This document shows, piece after piece, positions 10,399-19,369 of a stretch of 64,000 nt of DNA. Each line of letters begins with the position of its first letter. The stretch's first letter is position 1. The translations under genes were made by a program, and so were the position numbers. A model generated the notes under the pieces. That model saw nothing but the letters and a program-made list of their open reading frames with translations, was not told the origin of the DNA and did no database searches. The stretch is from Bacteroidota bacterium (GTDB lineage Bacteria > Bacteroidota > Ignavibacteria > Palsa-1295), in assembly GCA_021324685.1 (NCBI GenBank), contig JAJPIQ010000008.1:47343-111342 (forward strand), given 5' to 3'.

Positions 10399-10447
10399 GA
10401 ATGGATGAAAGTCATAACCTTCATCCTTCGTCCTTCGTCCCGAAGCT

Positions 10448-10600
10448 TCAGGACTTACGCTCGTCGGAGACGGTGAGTTTGTGGCGGCCTTTGGCGCGGC
10501 GGGAGGCCAGCACGCGGCGGCCATTCTTGGAGGCCATCCGGGCGCGGAAACCATGTTTATTGGCGCGTTTACGGCGGCTCGGTTGATAAGTGCGTTTCAT
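10448..10600 (-). CDS. rpmH: 50S ribosomal protein L34
   Basis: Not in the ORF track (50 aa). My translation of the reverse complement gives [50 protein letters not shown], canonical L34. It sits directly upstream of rnpA. Confidence 0.85.
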   Translation of the reverse strand: MKRTYQPSRRKRANKHGFRARMASKNGRRVLASRRAKGRHKLTVSDERKS

Positions 10601-10720
10601 CGCAGATTCCTTAGTCTAAAGTGGTCGTTTTTTGTCGGGCGGGCTAACAGGCAAAGCAAGGAAATAGGTTCAAACGGCCGAACAAATCAGGCTCGACGGC
10701 TAACAAAATAGCTTCAACGT

Positions 10721-11203
10721 CTATTTGAAATTTACCTGCGTTTCTCCTTTGGTGACCATCGCTACTTTCCACGGTTTGCCATGCTGACGGACCATCCAGA
10801 AGAAGGCAGCGTCCTCATCGGTATTCGGCGATTTGACTTTCACCATACCGGTCTCTTCGATCTGGTTCGAATCGATAAGCGCTCCGGTGAGGTCGGGCTC
10901 CAGGTTTCGATCGACGTCCGCGCTGGCTGTGCCGATGAATTCACCTTTTTTATAATCGTAAAACGACCGGAACCACGTCAGCATATCGTGCGCGACGTAT
11001 GGGTTCTGAAAATAGTCGCGAAATTTTTGGGTCGCGATCATGGAATCGCGCTGTGGCCCATTGTTCTTTGCCACGGCGTCAGAAAAATGCCGCGCGGTGC
11101 CGATCTCCTCGCCTGCGCCGCGATCGCAGGAGTTCAGTGCACCTGCGCCAAGCACGAGCAGTGCGAAAAGAACTCCGTGTTTAACTGTGATAAAGGAAGC
11201 CAT
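10721..11203 (-). CDS. Hypothetical lipoprotein
   Basis: 160 aa. N-terminus MASFITVKHGVLFALLVLGAGALNSCD has a lipobox. Confidence 0.55.
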   Translation of the reverse strand: MASFITVKHGVLFALLVLGAGALNSCDRGAGEEIGTARHFSDAVAKNNGPQRDSMIATQKFRDYFQNPYVAHDMLTWFRSFYDYKKGEFIGTASADVDRNLEPDLTGALIDSNQIEETGMVKVKSPNTDEDAAFFWMVRQHGKPWKVAMVTKGETQVNFK

Positions 11204-11442
11204 TCTTTTTTGGAAAATGATCGGCTACGCTAAGAGCGATTTGAAAGGTATGGTTTCCAGATCGATGATTCACGGATAATGGAATAGAACGAGTATCGTT
11301 TTGCTTCCATAAGGTTTTATCCTGTAGTCACGACCGGATTCGACGTTTTAATTTTCCTATTTCCCACTTCCTGCCACAATTCGTCGTAAATTTGCAGGAA
11401 GTCGTCAGCGTACGAACGGTATTGAATCGAAGGGAACGTTAA

Positions 11443-12774
11443 ATGAGAATACTGGTCCTTGGGGGCGGCGCGCGGGAGCACGCGATCTGCTGGAAATTAA
11501 AACAGCGAGACCGACTCTATGAACAGCCGATCGAAACGAAGATTTTCTGTGCGCCCGGAAATGCCGGGATCGCACAGGTCGCGGAGATAGTGGAACTTAT
11601 ACCGACCGACGTGAAAGCCGTCGTCGGCTTTGCGATGCGCGAACGGATCGACCTGGTCGTCGTCGGACCGGAAGGTCCGCTTGCGGCGGGTGTTGCCGAT
11701 GCGCTCGATAAAGAACGGATCCCGGTCTTCGGCCCGCGGCGAACGGCGGCGCTGCTCGAAAGTTCGAAAGCCTTCGCGAAGGAATTTATGCAACGCCATG
11801 AAATTCCGACCGCGCGATACGCCGTGTTCTCCTTCGAAGAGCAGATCGAGTGTCGCGCGTTCCTTCGGCACGTGAACTATCCGGCCGTCATTAAGGCCGA
11901 TGGCCTTGCGGCCGGCAAGGGCGTCGTCATCTGCGAGACCGAAGCCGAGGGGACCCACGCCCTGGACGAAATTTTCACTCACCGCATTTTTGGCGAGGCC
12001 GGTGCGCGCGTCGTCATCGAAGAATACATGGAGGGCGAAGAAGCCAGCGTGTTCGCCGTGACCGATGGGATCGATTATGGCCTGCTGGCAACCGCCCAGG
12101 ACCATAAGCGGATTTTAGACGGCGATCGTGGAAAAAATACCGGCGGCATGGGTGCGTATGCTCCGGCCCCGATCGTGACCGAAGCTATTTTAGAGCAGGT
12201 CCGGCGGGAGATCATCGAACCGACGCTCAAAGGGTTGCGCGATGAGGGAAGAATGTATCGCGGCGTACTCTATTGCGGACTGATGATCGGCGAGGGCCGC
12301 GCGCGCGTCGTGGAGTTCAACGTCCGTTTTGGCGATCCCGAAGCCGAAGTGGTGCTGCCGCTCATCGACGGCGATGCCGCGGAACTCTTTCTTGCGTGCG
12401 CCGAAGGGCGCCTGGCCGAAACGCTGCCGATCAAACAGTTCCCAGCCTCGGCCGTGACGGTCGTCATGGCGAGCCAGGGATATCCCGAAAGTTACCAGAC
12501 CGGTGAGGCGATTTCCGGGCTGGAGGCGTTTACGCCGAACCGCGAGATTGAAGAAGGGATCGTCGTCTTTCACGGTGCCACGAAATTGGACGAGCGCGGC
12601 CGTTTTCTTACGTCCGGAGGACGCGTGCTCGCCGTGACCGCCGTCGGGTTCCGGGACGACCTGCGCGAAACGATCGCCCAGGCGTACAATGCCGTCTCCG
12701 AGATCAGCTTTAACGGCGCATACTACCGTAGCGACATCGGCAAAAAAGCCTTAAAGGCCATGGCCGCAGCGTAA
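11443..12774 (+). CDS. purD: Phosphoribosylamine--glycine ligase
   Basis: 443 aa. MRILVLGGGAREHAICWKL N-terminus and ATP-grasp core (EEYMEGEEASVFAVTDG) are typical of PurD. Confidence 0.9.
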   Translation: MRILVLGGGAREHAICWKLKQRDRLYEQPIETKIFCAPGNAGIAQVAEIVELIPTDVKAVVGFAMRERIDLVVVGPEGPLAAGVADALDKERIPVFGPRRTAALLESSKAFAKEFMQRHEIPTARYAVFSFEEQIECRAFLRHVNYPAVIKADGLAAGKGVVICETEAEGTHALDEIFTHRIFGEAGARVVIEEYMEGEEASVFAVTDGIDYGLLATAQDHKRILDGDRGKNTGGMGAYAPAPIVTEAILEQVRREIIEPTLKGLRDEGRMYRGVLYCGLMIGEGRARVVEFNVRFGDPEAEVVLPLIDGDAAELFLACAEGRLAETLPIKQFPASAVTVVMASQGYPESYQTGEAISGLEAFTPNREIEEGIVVFHGATKLDERGRFLTSGGRVLAVTAVGFRDDLRETIAQAYNAVSEISFNGAYYRSDIGKKALKAMAAA

Positions 12775-12820
12775 GTCCCTAAAGACGAGGCCGCAACATA
12801 GCGTAGGGGGAGTGGAAGCC

Positions 12821-14065
12821 TTATTTCGCCGAAGGCAACTTGACCGAAATATCGATATTCTTATCGTTGCGGACGAGGTGGAACGTCACATGATCGCCGA
12901 CTTCATGATCAGCCAGCGAGCTTTGAAGCCCGCTCGTGCTCTTGATCGTTTCTTTGTCTAAGCCGACGACGAGATCGCCGGCTCGGAAACCGGCGCGGTC
13001 GGCAAAACCATCGCGTCCGATCGCGCGAATGACGACGCCTTCGTCCCGGGTGAGGTGAAAGTAATCTTTCGCGTCTTCGTTCACGTCCATAAAGGCCATT
13101 CCGAGATCGCCGATGTTATGGTTGAGCGATTCTCCTGCGCGCAACCGGTCGATCACGTCTTTGATACGGTTGATCGGAATGGCAAAGCCGAGCCCGATAG
13201 AACCCATTTCGCCTTCGTAATTGCCGGCCGTCGATTTGATCACGGCGTTCATACCGATCACTTCGCCATTGGCATTGAGCAGGGGTCCTCCGGAATTCCC
13301 GCTCGAGATGGCGGCATCCGTCTGGATCATATTGCGATAGTTGCGGCCTTGCTCGAGGCCTAAGTTCACGCCCGTATTACTCACCACGCCGACGGTGACC
13401 GTCGGTTTATCGTTGATCGAAAAGAGTCCGAAGGGATTCCCCATCGCGATCGCCCATTCGCCGACGGAGAGATCGTCCGAGTTCCCCAGCGTGAGGAACG
13501 GTAAATGCTTCCCGTCGATCTTGAGGAGCGAAACGTCGGAATTTCGGTCGGTCCCGACGAGCTTGGCGTCGTATTGGGAACCGTCGGTCGTCGTGACGAT
13601 GATCTTCGTTGCGTTTCCCGCGACGTGATCGTTTGTCAGGATATACCCGTCGGGGGAAATAATAAAACCGGAGCCGAGCGCCTTGACCTGATATTTTTGC
13701 GTTTGTACACCTCCGCCTCCGAAGGGATCCTGCCCGCCGAAAAACCGCTGGAAGAAGGGATCGCCGGCGAACGGGTCCCACATTTGGTATTGCCGCTCTT
13801 CGACGGCCGTAACATTAATTCCCACCACGGCCGGGCTGGCCTTGGCCACCGCAATGGTGATCGCATTTTTTCGGCTGCCGGTGATCGTGGCATCGACCGA
13901 ATCGCGGTCCGGCCCGTGTTGACGTACGGTATAGACCTGGCCCGAGGGCAGGTCCGCAGCGCCGGGCCCGTTCGCAGTCCGTTTGCATCCCGAAAGAGGC
14001 GAAACAAACGAGAGAAGGCTGAGAAGGTGAATGAGAATAAGCGGCATGGTTGGCTTCGCGTGCAT
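12821..14065 (-). CDS. Periplasmic serine endoprotease, DegP/HtrA family, with PDZ domain
   Basis: 414 aa with a signal peptide. Trypsin-like motifs TNDHV, GNSGGPLLNANGEVIGMN, and a C-terminal PDZ-like region. Confidence 0.85.
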   Translation of the reverse strand: MHAKPTMPLILIHLLSLLSFVSPLSGCKRTANGPGAADLPSGQVYTVRQHGPDRDSVDATITGSRKNAITIAVAKASPAVVGINVTAVEERQYQMWDPFAGDPFFQRFFGGQDPFGGGGVQTQKYQVKALGSGFIISPDGYILTNDHVAGNATKIIVTTTDGSQYDAKLVGTDRNSDVSLLKIDGKHLPFLTLGNSDDLSVGEWAIAMGNPFGLFSINDKPTVTVGVVSNTGVNLGLEQGRNYRNMIQTDAAISSGNSGGPLLNANGEVIGMNAVIKSTAGNYEGEMGSIGLGFAIPINRIKDVIDRLRAGESLNHNIGDLGMAFMDVNEDAKDYFHLTRDEGVVIRAIGRDGFADRAGFRAGDLVVGLDKETIKSTSGLQSSLADHEVGDHVTFHLVRNDKNIDISVKLPSAK

Positions 14066-14149
14066 AACAGTTTGGGATAAAACAAACGGATTTCGCGCGG
14101 CGGAGTTTCGCCGAAGTTCACAGCCGTGATTGCACCGTTTTTGGTCCCC

Positions 14150-14806
14150 TTATCGCGTCCGCCGGCGCAAAAGCTCCAAAAAGGGCTCGAGAAACCGTGA
14201 AAGGATAATGAGGACCATTACGCCGATCGAAGCTCGGACCAAGAGGCCGGAATCCGCGAGGCCGCTGATGGGTAGAGTCGTTTTTTGAATGAATGAGATC
14301 GGCAAAAGGAGCAGGAAGAGCAGCGCGCCGCCACAGGCGAGGACCGAAGCACCGTGAACATTATCCCAGAATTTTTTCGATAGGCCATACAGTGCAAGCC
14401 AGAGGAAGACCGCGGCGGGGTGCACAAGAATGAGCGCTCCCGCCGTTGTTGCAAGACCGCGGCCGCCTTGGAACCGAAGCCAGACCGGGTAACAATGCCC
14501 GAGCACGAGCGTGGGCAAGAGGACCACGAGCGGACCGCTCCAGCCCAGGAGCTCGAACGCAAGGACGGGAAGCATTCCTTTGAGGAAATCGGCGATAAAG
14601 ACGAGGGTGCCGATGGACCGTTTGCCGGTCACGTCATACGCGTTCATCGCGCCGATATTTCCGGTCCCCCATTGCCGGAGGTCAAGCCCCGCGCGCCATT
14701 TCGTGATGAGGTAGGCCGAGGGAATCGATCCCATGGCATATCCCACGATACCGCCAAGAAGCAGGGAGTGGAGCGAGAGCATGGAGGGTCCGCCGTTCGG
14801 CAACAT
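14150..14806 (-). CDS. plsY: Glycerol-3-phosphate acyltransferase PlsY
   Basis: 218 aa polytopic membrane protein. GSIPSAYLI...GTGNIGAMNA matches PlsY motifs. Confidence 0.8.
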   Translation of the reverse strand: MLPNGGPSMLSLHSLLLGGIVGYAMGSIPSAYLITKWRAGLDLRQWGTGNIGAMNAYDVTGKRSIGTLVFIADFLKGMLPVLAFELLGWSGPLVVLLPTLVLGHCYPVWLRFQGGRGLATTAGALILVHPAAVFLWLALYGLSKKFWDNVHGASVLACGGALLFLLLLPISFIQKTTLPISGLADSGLLVRASIGVMVLIILSRFLEPFLELLRRRTR

Positions 14807-15927
14807 TATGCGGTTAATCCGGCGATCAATTTCTTTATCTCCTCTTCCGTATTATAAAAATGGGGAGAGGCGCGAAGCCGGCCCTGGCGGAGCGAAATAA
14901 CAATATTCTCTTTGTGCAGCCGCTCGAACACGGCTTCGGCATTTGGGAACTCGAAGGAGACGATGCCCGCGTGCTCGCGTTCGTGCTTCGGTGTAATGAC
15001 GGAAATACCGTGGCGTTCTAATCGATCGATCAGATCATTCGCGAGGTCGAGCACCGCTCGTTCGATTTCCTTCAGGCCACATTCGAAAAAGAATGCGAGC
15101 GATGCATGGAGCGCCGTAAGGCCGGCAAAATTCAGGGTCCCGTTTTCGAATCGTGCCGCGCCGGTGCGAAGTTCGTCGGGACGGATCGTAAAATCGAACG
15201 GATTTTCTATGCTCGACCACCCCAGGTATCCCGGATGGATCCGTTCCAACGCACGATCGCTTGCATAAATAAACGCAATGCCCGTATCCGACATCATCCA
15301 TTTCTGGCCGCCGCAGGCAAGGAAATCGATAGCATCGCGTTCGACATCGATCTCCGAATACGGGAGCGACTGGATCGCATCGACGACGAAGAGAATATCG
15401 CGGTCGCGGCAGAGCTTCCCGATCGCCGTAAGGTCGGCTTTTGCGCCGGTCCCGAACTGCACGTGACTGATCGAAACGAGTTTTGTCCGCTCGGTGATCT
15501 GACGCGCGATCTGTTCCGGAGTGATCTTATGATCCGTTGCAGCAATACGATCGACCGTCACGCCTTTACTTCGAAGGTTGACGAACGGGTAGACATTGGC
15601 GGGAAACTCAAGATCGTTGAGGAGCACGTGATCGCCGGGTTCCCATTCGATCCCCTGCGCGACAATATTGAGGCCGTCGGTCGTGTTCAGCGTGAAAGCC
15701 ACCTGATCGGCGCGAGCGTGCAGCAGCGTGGCGAGCCGCTCGCGTGTTTCCTGGACCGTTCGTAAGATCCAGGGATAGGGCTCGATCCCTTTCAGGGCGC
15801 GGCGGGTCTGGTAGCGATCGACGGCATCGCGGACGCGGAACGAAAGCGGAGCGACGGCCGCATGGTTAAGATAGACCAGGTCGCCCATCGTATGAGGGAA
15901 TTCTTTGCGCGCTTGCTCGACCGTCAC
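14806..15927 (-). CDS. Aminotransferase class V-fold PLP-dependent enzyme (cysteine desulfurase / selenocysteine lyase-like)
   Basis: 373 aa with the class-V fold pattern (…DAIQSLPYSEIDVERDAIDFLACGGQKWMMSDTGIAFIYA…). Confidence 0.75.
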   Translation of the reverse strand: MTVEQARKEFPHTMGDLVYLNHAAVAPLSFRVRDAVDRYQTRRALKGIEPYPWILRTVQETRERLATLLHARADQVAFTLNTTDGLNIVAQGIEWEPGDHVLLNDLEFPANVYPFVNLRSKGVTVDRIAATDHKITPEQIARQITERTKLVSISHVQFGTGAKADLTAIGKLCRDRDILFVVDAIQSLPYSEIDVERDAIDFLACGGQKWMMSDTGIAFIYASDRALERIHPGYLGWSSIENPFDFTIRPDELRTGAARFENGTLNFAGLTALHASLAFFFECGLKEIERAVLDLANDLIDRLERHGISVITPKHEREHAGIVSFEFPNAEAVFERLHKENIVISLRQGRLRASPHFYNTEEEIKKLIAGLTA

Positions 15928-16685
15928 GATCGTTCGATGATTTTATGTTCTACTCTCGAAAGGTCTTCCGCCGTATCGACGGCGATCGAATCGTATTGGA
16001 CTTCCACGCACCGGATCGGAATGCCGGCTTCGAGGAGCCGCAGTTGTTCCAGCCGCTCGGCGCGTTCGAGGGCACTTTCGCCCAGGGTCACAAATTGCTT
16101 CAGCGTTTCGGCCCGATACGCATAGACTCCGATGTGCTTGTAGTAACGATGCTCGCGTGGCCAGTCGAGGACGAGCCCGTTCCCAAGTTCCCGATAGAAG
16201 GGGATCGGATGCCGCGAAAAATAGAGCGCGTTGTTATTCCGATCTTTTACGGCAAAGACGACATTGGGATTTGAGAGTTCTTCGGGCCGATGAACGGGCG
16301 AAATGGGGGTCGCGACCGAAACGTCGGGATGGCTTTCCATTTCGAGCGCGAGTGCATCGATGACGTGCGGATCGAGGAGTGGCTCATCGCCCTGGACATT
16401 GATGATAACGTTCTCGTTCGAAAGATTTAAAAGCTGGGCCGCTTCGGCGACACGGTCGGTTCCCGATCGGCACGCGGGCGAGGTCATGATGGCGCGGCCG
16501 CCGAACCGTTCCACGGCGTCGAAAATGCTGGCATGGTCGGTGGCGACGACGATGGTATCGGCTTCTCTCGACTGGTTGCATTGCCGCCAGACGCGCTCGA
16601 TCATCGTCATGCCGTGGATCATGGCGAGCGGCTTTTTCGGGAGTCGCTCGGAACCGTAACGGGCTGGAATAATAACGGTCGTCAA
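15924..16685 (-). CDS. kdsB: 3-deoxy-manno-octulosonate cytidylyltransferase (CMP-KDO synthetase)
   Basis: 253 aa. IIPARYGSERLPKKPLAMIHGMTMIERV... and IINVQGDEPL motifs. Confidence 0.85.
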   Translation of the reverse strand: MTTVIIPARYGSERLPKKPLAMIHGMTMIERVWRQCNQSREADTIVVATDHASIFDAVERFGGRAIMTSPACRSGTDRVAEAAQLLNLSNENVIINVQGDEPLLDPHVIDALALEMESHPDVSVATPISPVHRPEELSNPNVVFAVKDRNNNALYFSRHPIPFYRELGNGLVLDWPREHRYYKHIGVYAYRAETLKQFVTLGESALERAERLEQLRLLEAGIPIRCVEVQYDSIAVDTAEDLSRVEHKIIERS

Positions 16686-16708
16686 TTCGATTTGAATGTA
16701 GGGTTAGT

Positions 16709-18559
16709 ATGAACGTTCGGGCACCGTTTTGCGGTTCATACGCCACATTCCTCGCACTGTTTATGCGCCAGTACATCCCTTCTATCTTCTGTTTATCGTT
16801 CCTTTCGTGTGTCCTGTTTGCCGGCTGTTCCGGCAGCGAACGGCCGATCTCCACCGATAACCGTGTCATCGAGTGGGAACTCTCCGATGCCGATGCGCTC
16901 AACCCCTATAACGCGACCTCGGCCAATGCGCTCGATGTCTATGAGCAGATCTTTCAGCGCCTTCTTACGATCGATGTGCATACGATGCAGTACACCGTCC
17001 CGATCCTTGCGACGTCGATGCCGGTGGAGTCGCCCGATCATCTTCAATACGATTTTACGCTCCGAAAAGATATTAAGTGGGCCGATGGGACGCCGTTTAC
17101 CGGCGCGGACGTTATCTTCAGCCTGAAGGCGCTGAAGAATCCGTTCAATACGATGTCGGCGCAGAACCGCATCGTGGTCGATGCGATTCACAGCGCGGAA
17201 CTCATCGATGGCGATCCGTACCGCGTTCGGTTCACATTATGGAAACCGTACTTCCTCGTCATGCAGGCGACCTTCGGGGACGGACTCTATATTCTTCCGA
17301 AGCATATTTTCGATCCCACGGGGCTTACCGATAAATATTCGTGGAACGATCTTGCGGCGCTCATCGAAGCGAGCGGCGATCAACCCGCCGACAGCGCAAC
17401 GCTCGCCGCGCATAAAAATCCGGCGATGATCGAATTTGCTACCTGGTTCACCGATGCGGCCCGCAATCGCGATCCGAAATATATCCAGGGGACGGGGCCC
17501 TATAAATTGGAGTCCTGGGTCACCGGGCAATACACCCGGCTCGTGCGCAATCCGTATTACGTCAATCACTGGGGCCCGGATTTCGCGGCGAATCCGGACA
17601 CGATGCTCTACAAGACGATCAACGATTTCAATGCCGCCGCAACGGCGCTCAAATCGCACGATGTCGATCTCATCGGGTTTATTCAGCCGCAATATTGGGT
17701 CGATATCGATACGAATCACTCCGGGCTTAAACGTACGGCCTTTCCGCTCGGGCAGTTTTCGTACATCGGCTTTAACGAGAAGAGCCCGATCTTTCGCGAT
17801 CCGGGAGTCCGCTGGGCGATGGCCTATATGGTCGATCGCAAGACGATCATCGATAAGCTTCTTTTCGGCATGGCGCGCCTTACCGAGTCGCCGGTCTGGT
17901 CCGCCCATCCGGAATATAATGGTGACCTGCCGATCATTCCCTACGATCCGGCCCGCGCGGCCCATATTCTCGATTCGCTCGATTGGAAGGACCACGATGG
18001 GGACGGCATTCGCGATAAAGTGATCGATGGAAAGCGCATTCCCTTTCGGTTCACCTTCACGGTCAACGCTGGGAACGAAACTCGCAAAAAAGAGCTGCTG
18101 ATCATTGCCGAAGCGCTGAGAAAGATTGGCATCGATGCCAGCGTGAATACGCTCGAATGGAGCGTCTATCTCGAGCGCCTGCGCGACCACCTCCTCGAGG
18201 CGCACTTAGGCGGCTGGATCAATAATCCTTTCGAGTCCGATGAATATCAGCTCTATCATTCCTCTCAGGCGAAAAACCGCGGATCGAACTACGACAATTA
18301 TCACAATCCCAGGGCGGACTCCCTGATGGTGGCGATCCGGCTCGAGTTCGACCCTCAAAAGCGGATCGTCATGGAAAAAGAACTGCAGAAAATTTTTTAT
18401 GATGACCAGACGAGCCTCTTCCTGTGGGAACCGTTGAACACCGCGGCGTGGCTGGACCGGTTCGATAACGTCTCGTGGAATGGTTACCGCCCGGGCTACG
18501 ATGCCGCGACCTGGAAAATTCGGGGTGCCAACGGAGGAGGAATGAAAGCGACGTTTTAG
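16709..18559 (+). CDS. ABC transporter substrate-binding protein, family 5 (peptide/nickel), lipoprotein
   Basis: 616 aa. Lipobox ...LFAGCSGS. Overall SBP-5 architecture (…DIKWADGTPFTGADVIFSL…). Confidence 0.8.
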   Translation: MNVRAPFCGSYATFLALFMRQYIPSIFCLSFLSCVLFAGCSGSERPISTDNRVIEWELSDADALNPYNATSANALDVYEQIFQRLLTIDVHTMQYTVPILATSMPVESPDHLQYDFTLRKDIKWADGTPFTGADVIFSLKALKNPFNTMSAQNRIVVDAIHSAELIDGDPYRVRFTLWKPYFLVMQATFGDGLYILPKHIFDPTGLTDKYSWNDLAALIEASGDQPADSATLAAHKNPAMIEFATWFTDAARNRDPKYIQGTGPYKLESWVTGQYTRLVRNPYYVNHWGPDFAANPDTMLYKTINDFNAAATALKSHDVDLIGFIQPQYWVDIDTNHSGLKRTAFPLGQFSYIGFNEKSPIFRDPGVRWAMAYMVDRKTIIDKLLFGMARLTESPVWSAHPEYNGDLPIIPYDPARAAHILDSLDWKDHDGDGIRDKVIDGKRIPFRFTFTVNAGNETRKKELLIIAEALRKIGIDASVNTLEWSVYLERLRDHLLEAHLGGWINNPFESDEYQLYHSSQAKNRGSNYDNYHNPRADSLMVAIRLEFDPQKRIVMEKELQKIFYDDQTSLFLWEPLNTAAWLDRFDNVSWNGYRPGYDAATWKIRGANGGGMKATF

Positions 18560-18628
18560 GGCAGGCGGGTTTTCCCCTGCTTATTTCTGCCGGTCACGCA
18601 CGGAGGCCAGCCGGCAGATACCGGATTC

Positions 18629-19243
18629 TTAATCCCAGGTTTGCGCCAGTTCCTGGCGCAAAAGCCAGATCTTCGAATGATCGACCTCGTGTCCTTTTTG
18701 GACCGGAGGTAAAATATTCATAAAATAATGCTGGCCGTTTTTCGAAAAATAGTGCTTTTGAGATGGCATCGATCCAACATAGCCCGGGATCGAATCCATC
18801 GGTATTTTGAATTGGCCGCGAATGGTATCGCCGTCCCAGCGAATGCTTATCGCATCGGCGGCTGCCTTGGGCGCCGGAGCACGGATGTGTTGCAGCGATC
18901 CGAGTAGGTTTTCGATCCCAAGGTTTTGGATCAGGCTGTCAATATTGAAGTGTTTCAGAAGCTGAAGAGCGCTATCGACGGCTGGCCGGTGCGCTTTTAA
19001 GATGCTGTCGAAGTTCAGGTGCTGGACCGAAGCAAGGACGCTATCGAGATTCAGGTGGTTCGATTCCAAAACGCTATCCAGATCGATACTCTGGACTGTT
19101 TTGAGCACGCTATCGATATTGACCGATTTCAGGACACTATCGAAGTTAGCTGGCAATCTGCCGTCTCTGTTCTGGGCAAAGGAAGGAGAGGAAAGAGCTA
19201 AGCAAAGCGTGAAGAAGAAGAGGAATGTTCGAAGCTTTTGCAT
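18629..19243 (-). CDS. Secreted hypothetical protein with tandem ~10-aa L(D/N)xDSVL repeats
   Basis: 204 aa. Signal peptide MQKLRTFLFFFTLCLALSSPSFAQ. Repeats NIDSVLKTVQSIDLDSVLESNHLNLDSVLASVQHLNFDSILKA... are encoded by ~30-bp tandem DNA repeats at ~18900-19140. Confidence 0.6.
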   Translation of the reverse strand: MQKLRTFLFFFTLCLALSSPSFAQNRDGRLPANFDSVLKSVNIDSVLKTVQSIDLDSVLESNHLNLDSVLASVQHLNFDSILKAHRPAVDSALQLLKHFNIDSLIQNLGIENLLGSLQHIRAPAPKAAADAISIRWDGDTIRGQFKIPMDSIPGYVGSMPSQKHYFSKNGQHYFMNILPPVQKGHEVDHSKIWLLRQELAQTWD

Positions 19244-19369
19244 AACGATGGGGAATGCCGGGTACTGGACATTAATTCCGTTCGGAAGCGAAATTTTGGA
19301 TGGAGACGAACTAAGGCTTTAGAACGTTTGCTTAAAACTGGCTCAAAAGGCCAAAAATCGAAGATCCAT

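Noticed and set aside
9985-10554. Long (189-aa) version of rnpA
   Set aside because: Its N-terminal 52 codons overlap the rpmH coding sequence in another frame and are not protein-like. An internal Met at 10398 gives a normal-length RnpA.
17237-18205. 322-aa minus-strand ORF and several plus-strand ORFs (16809..17126, 17436..18023)
   Set aside because: They lie fully inside the ABC substrate-binding protein gene in other frames; no recognisable motifs.
19238-19369. Upstream 44 codons of the bi-domain oxidoreductase ORF
   Set aside because: The peptide (MHNDGECRVLDINSVRKRNFGWRR...) does not look protein-like. TTG at 19370 gives a standard MDR N-terminus.
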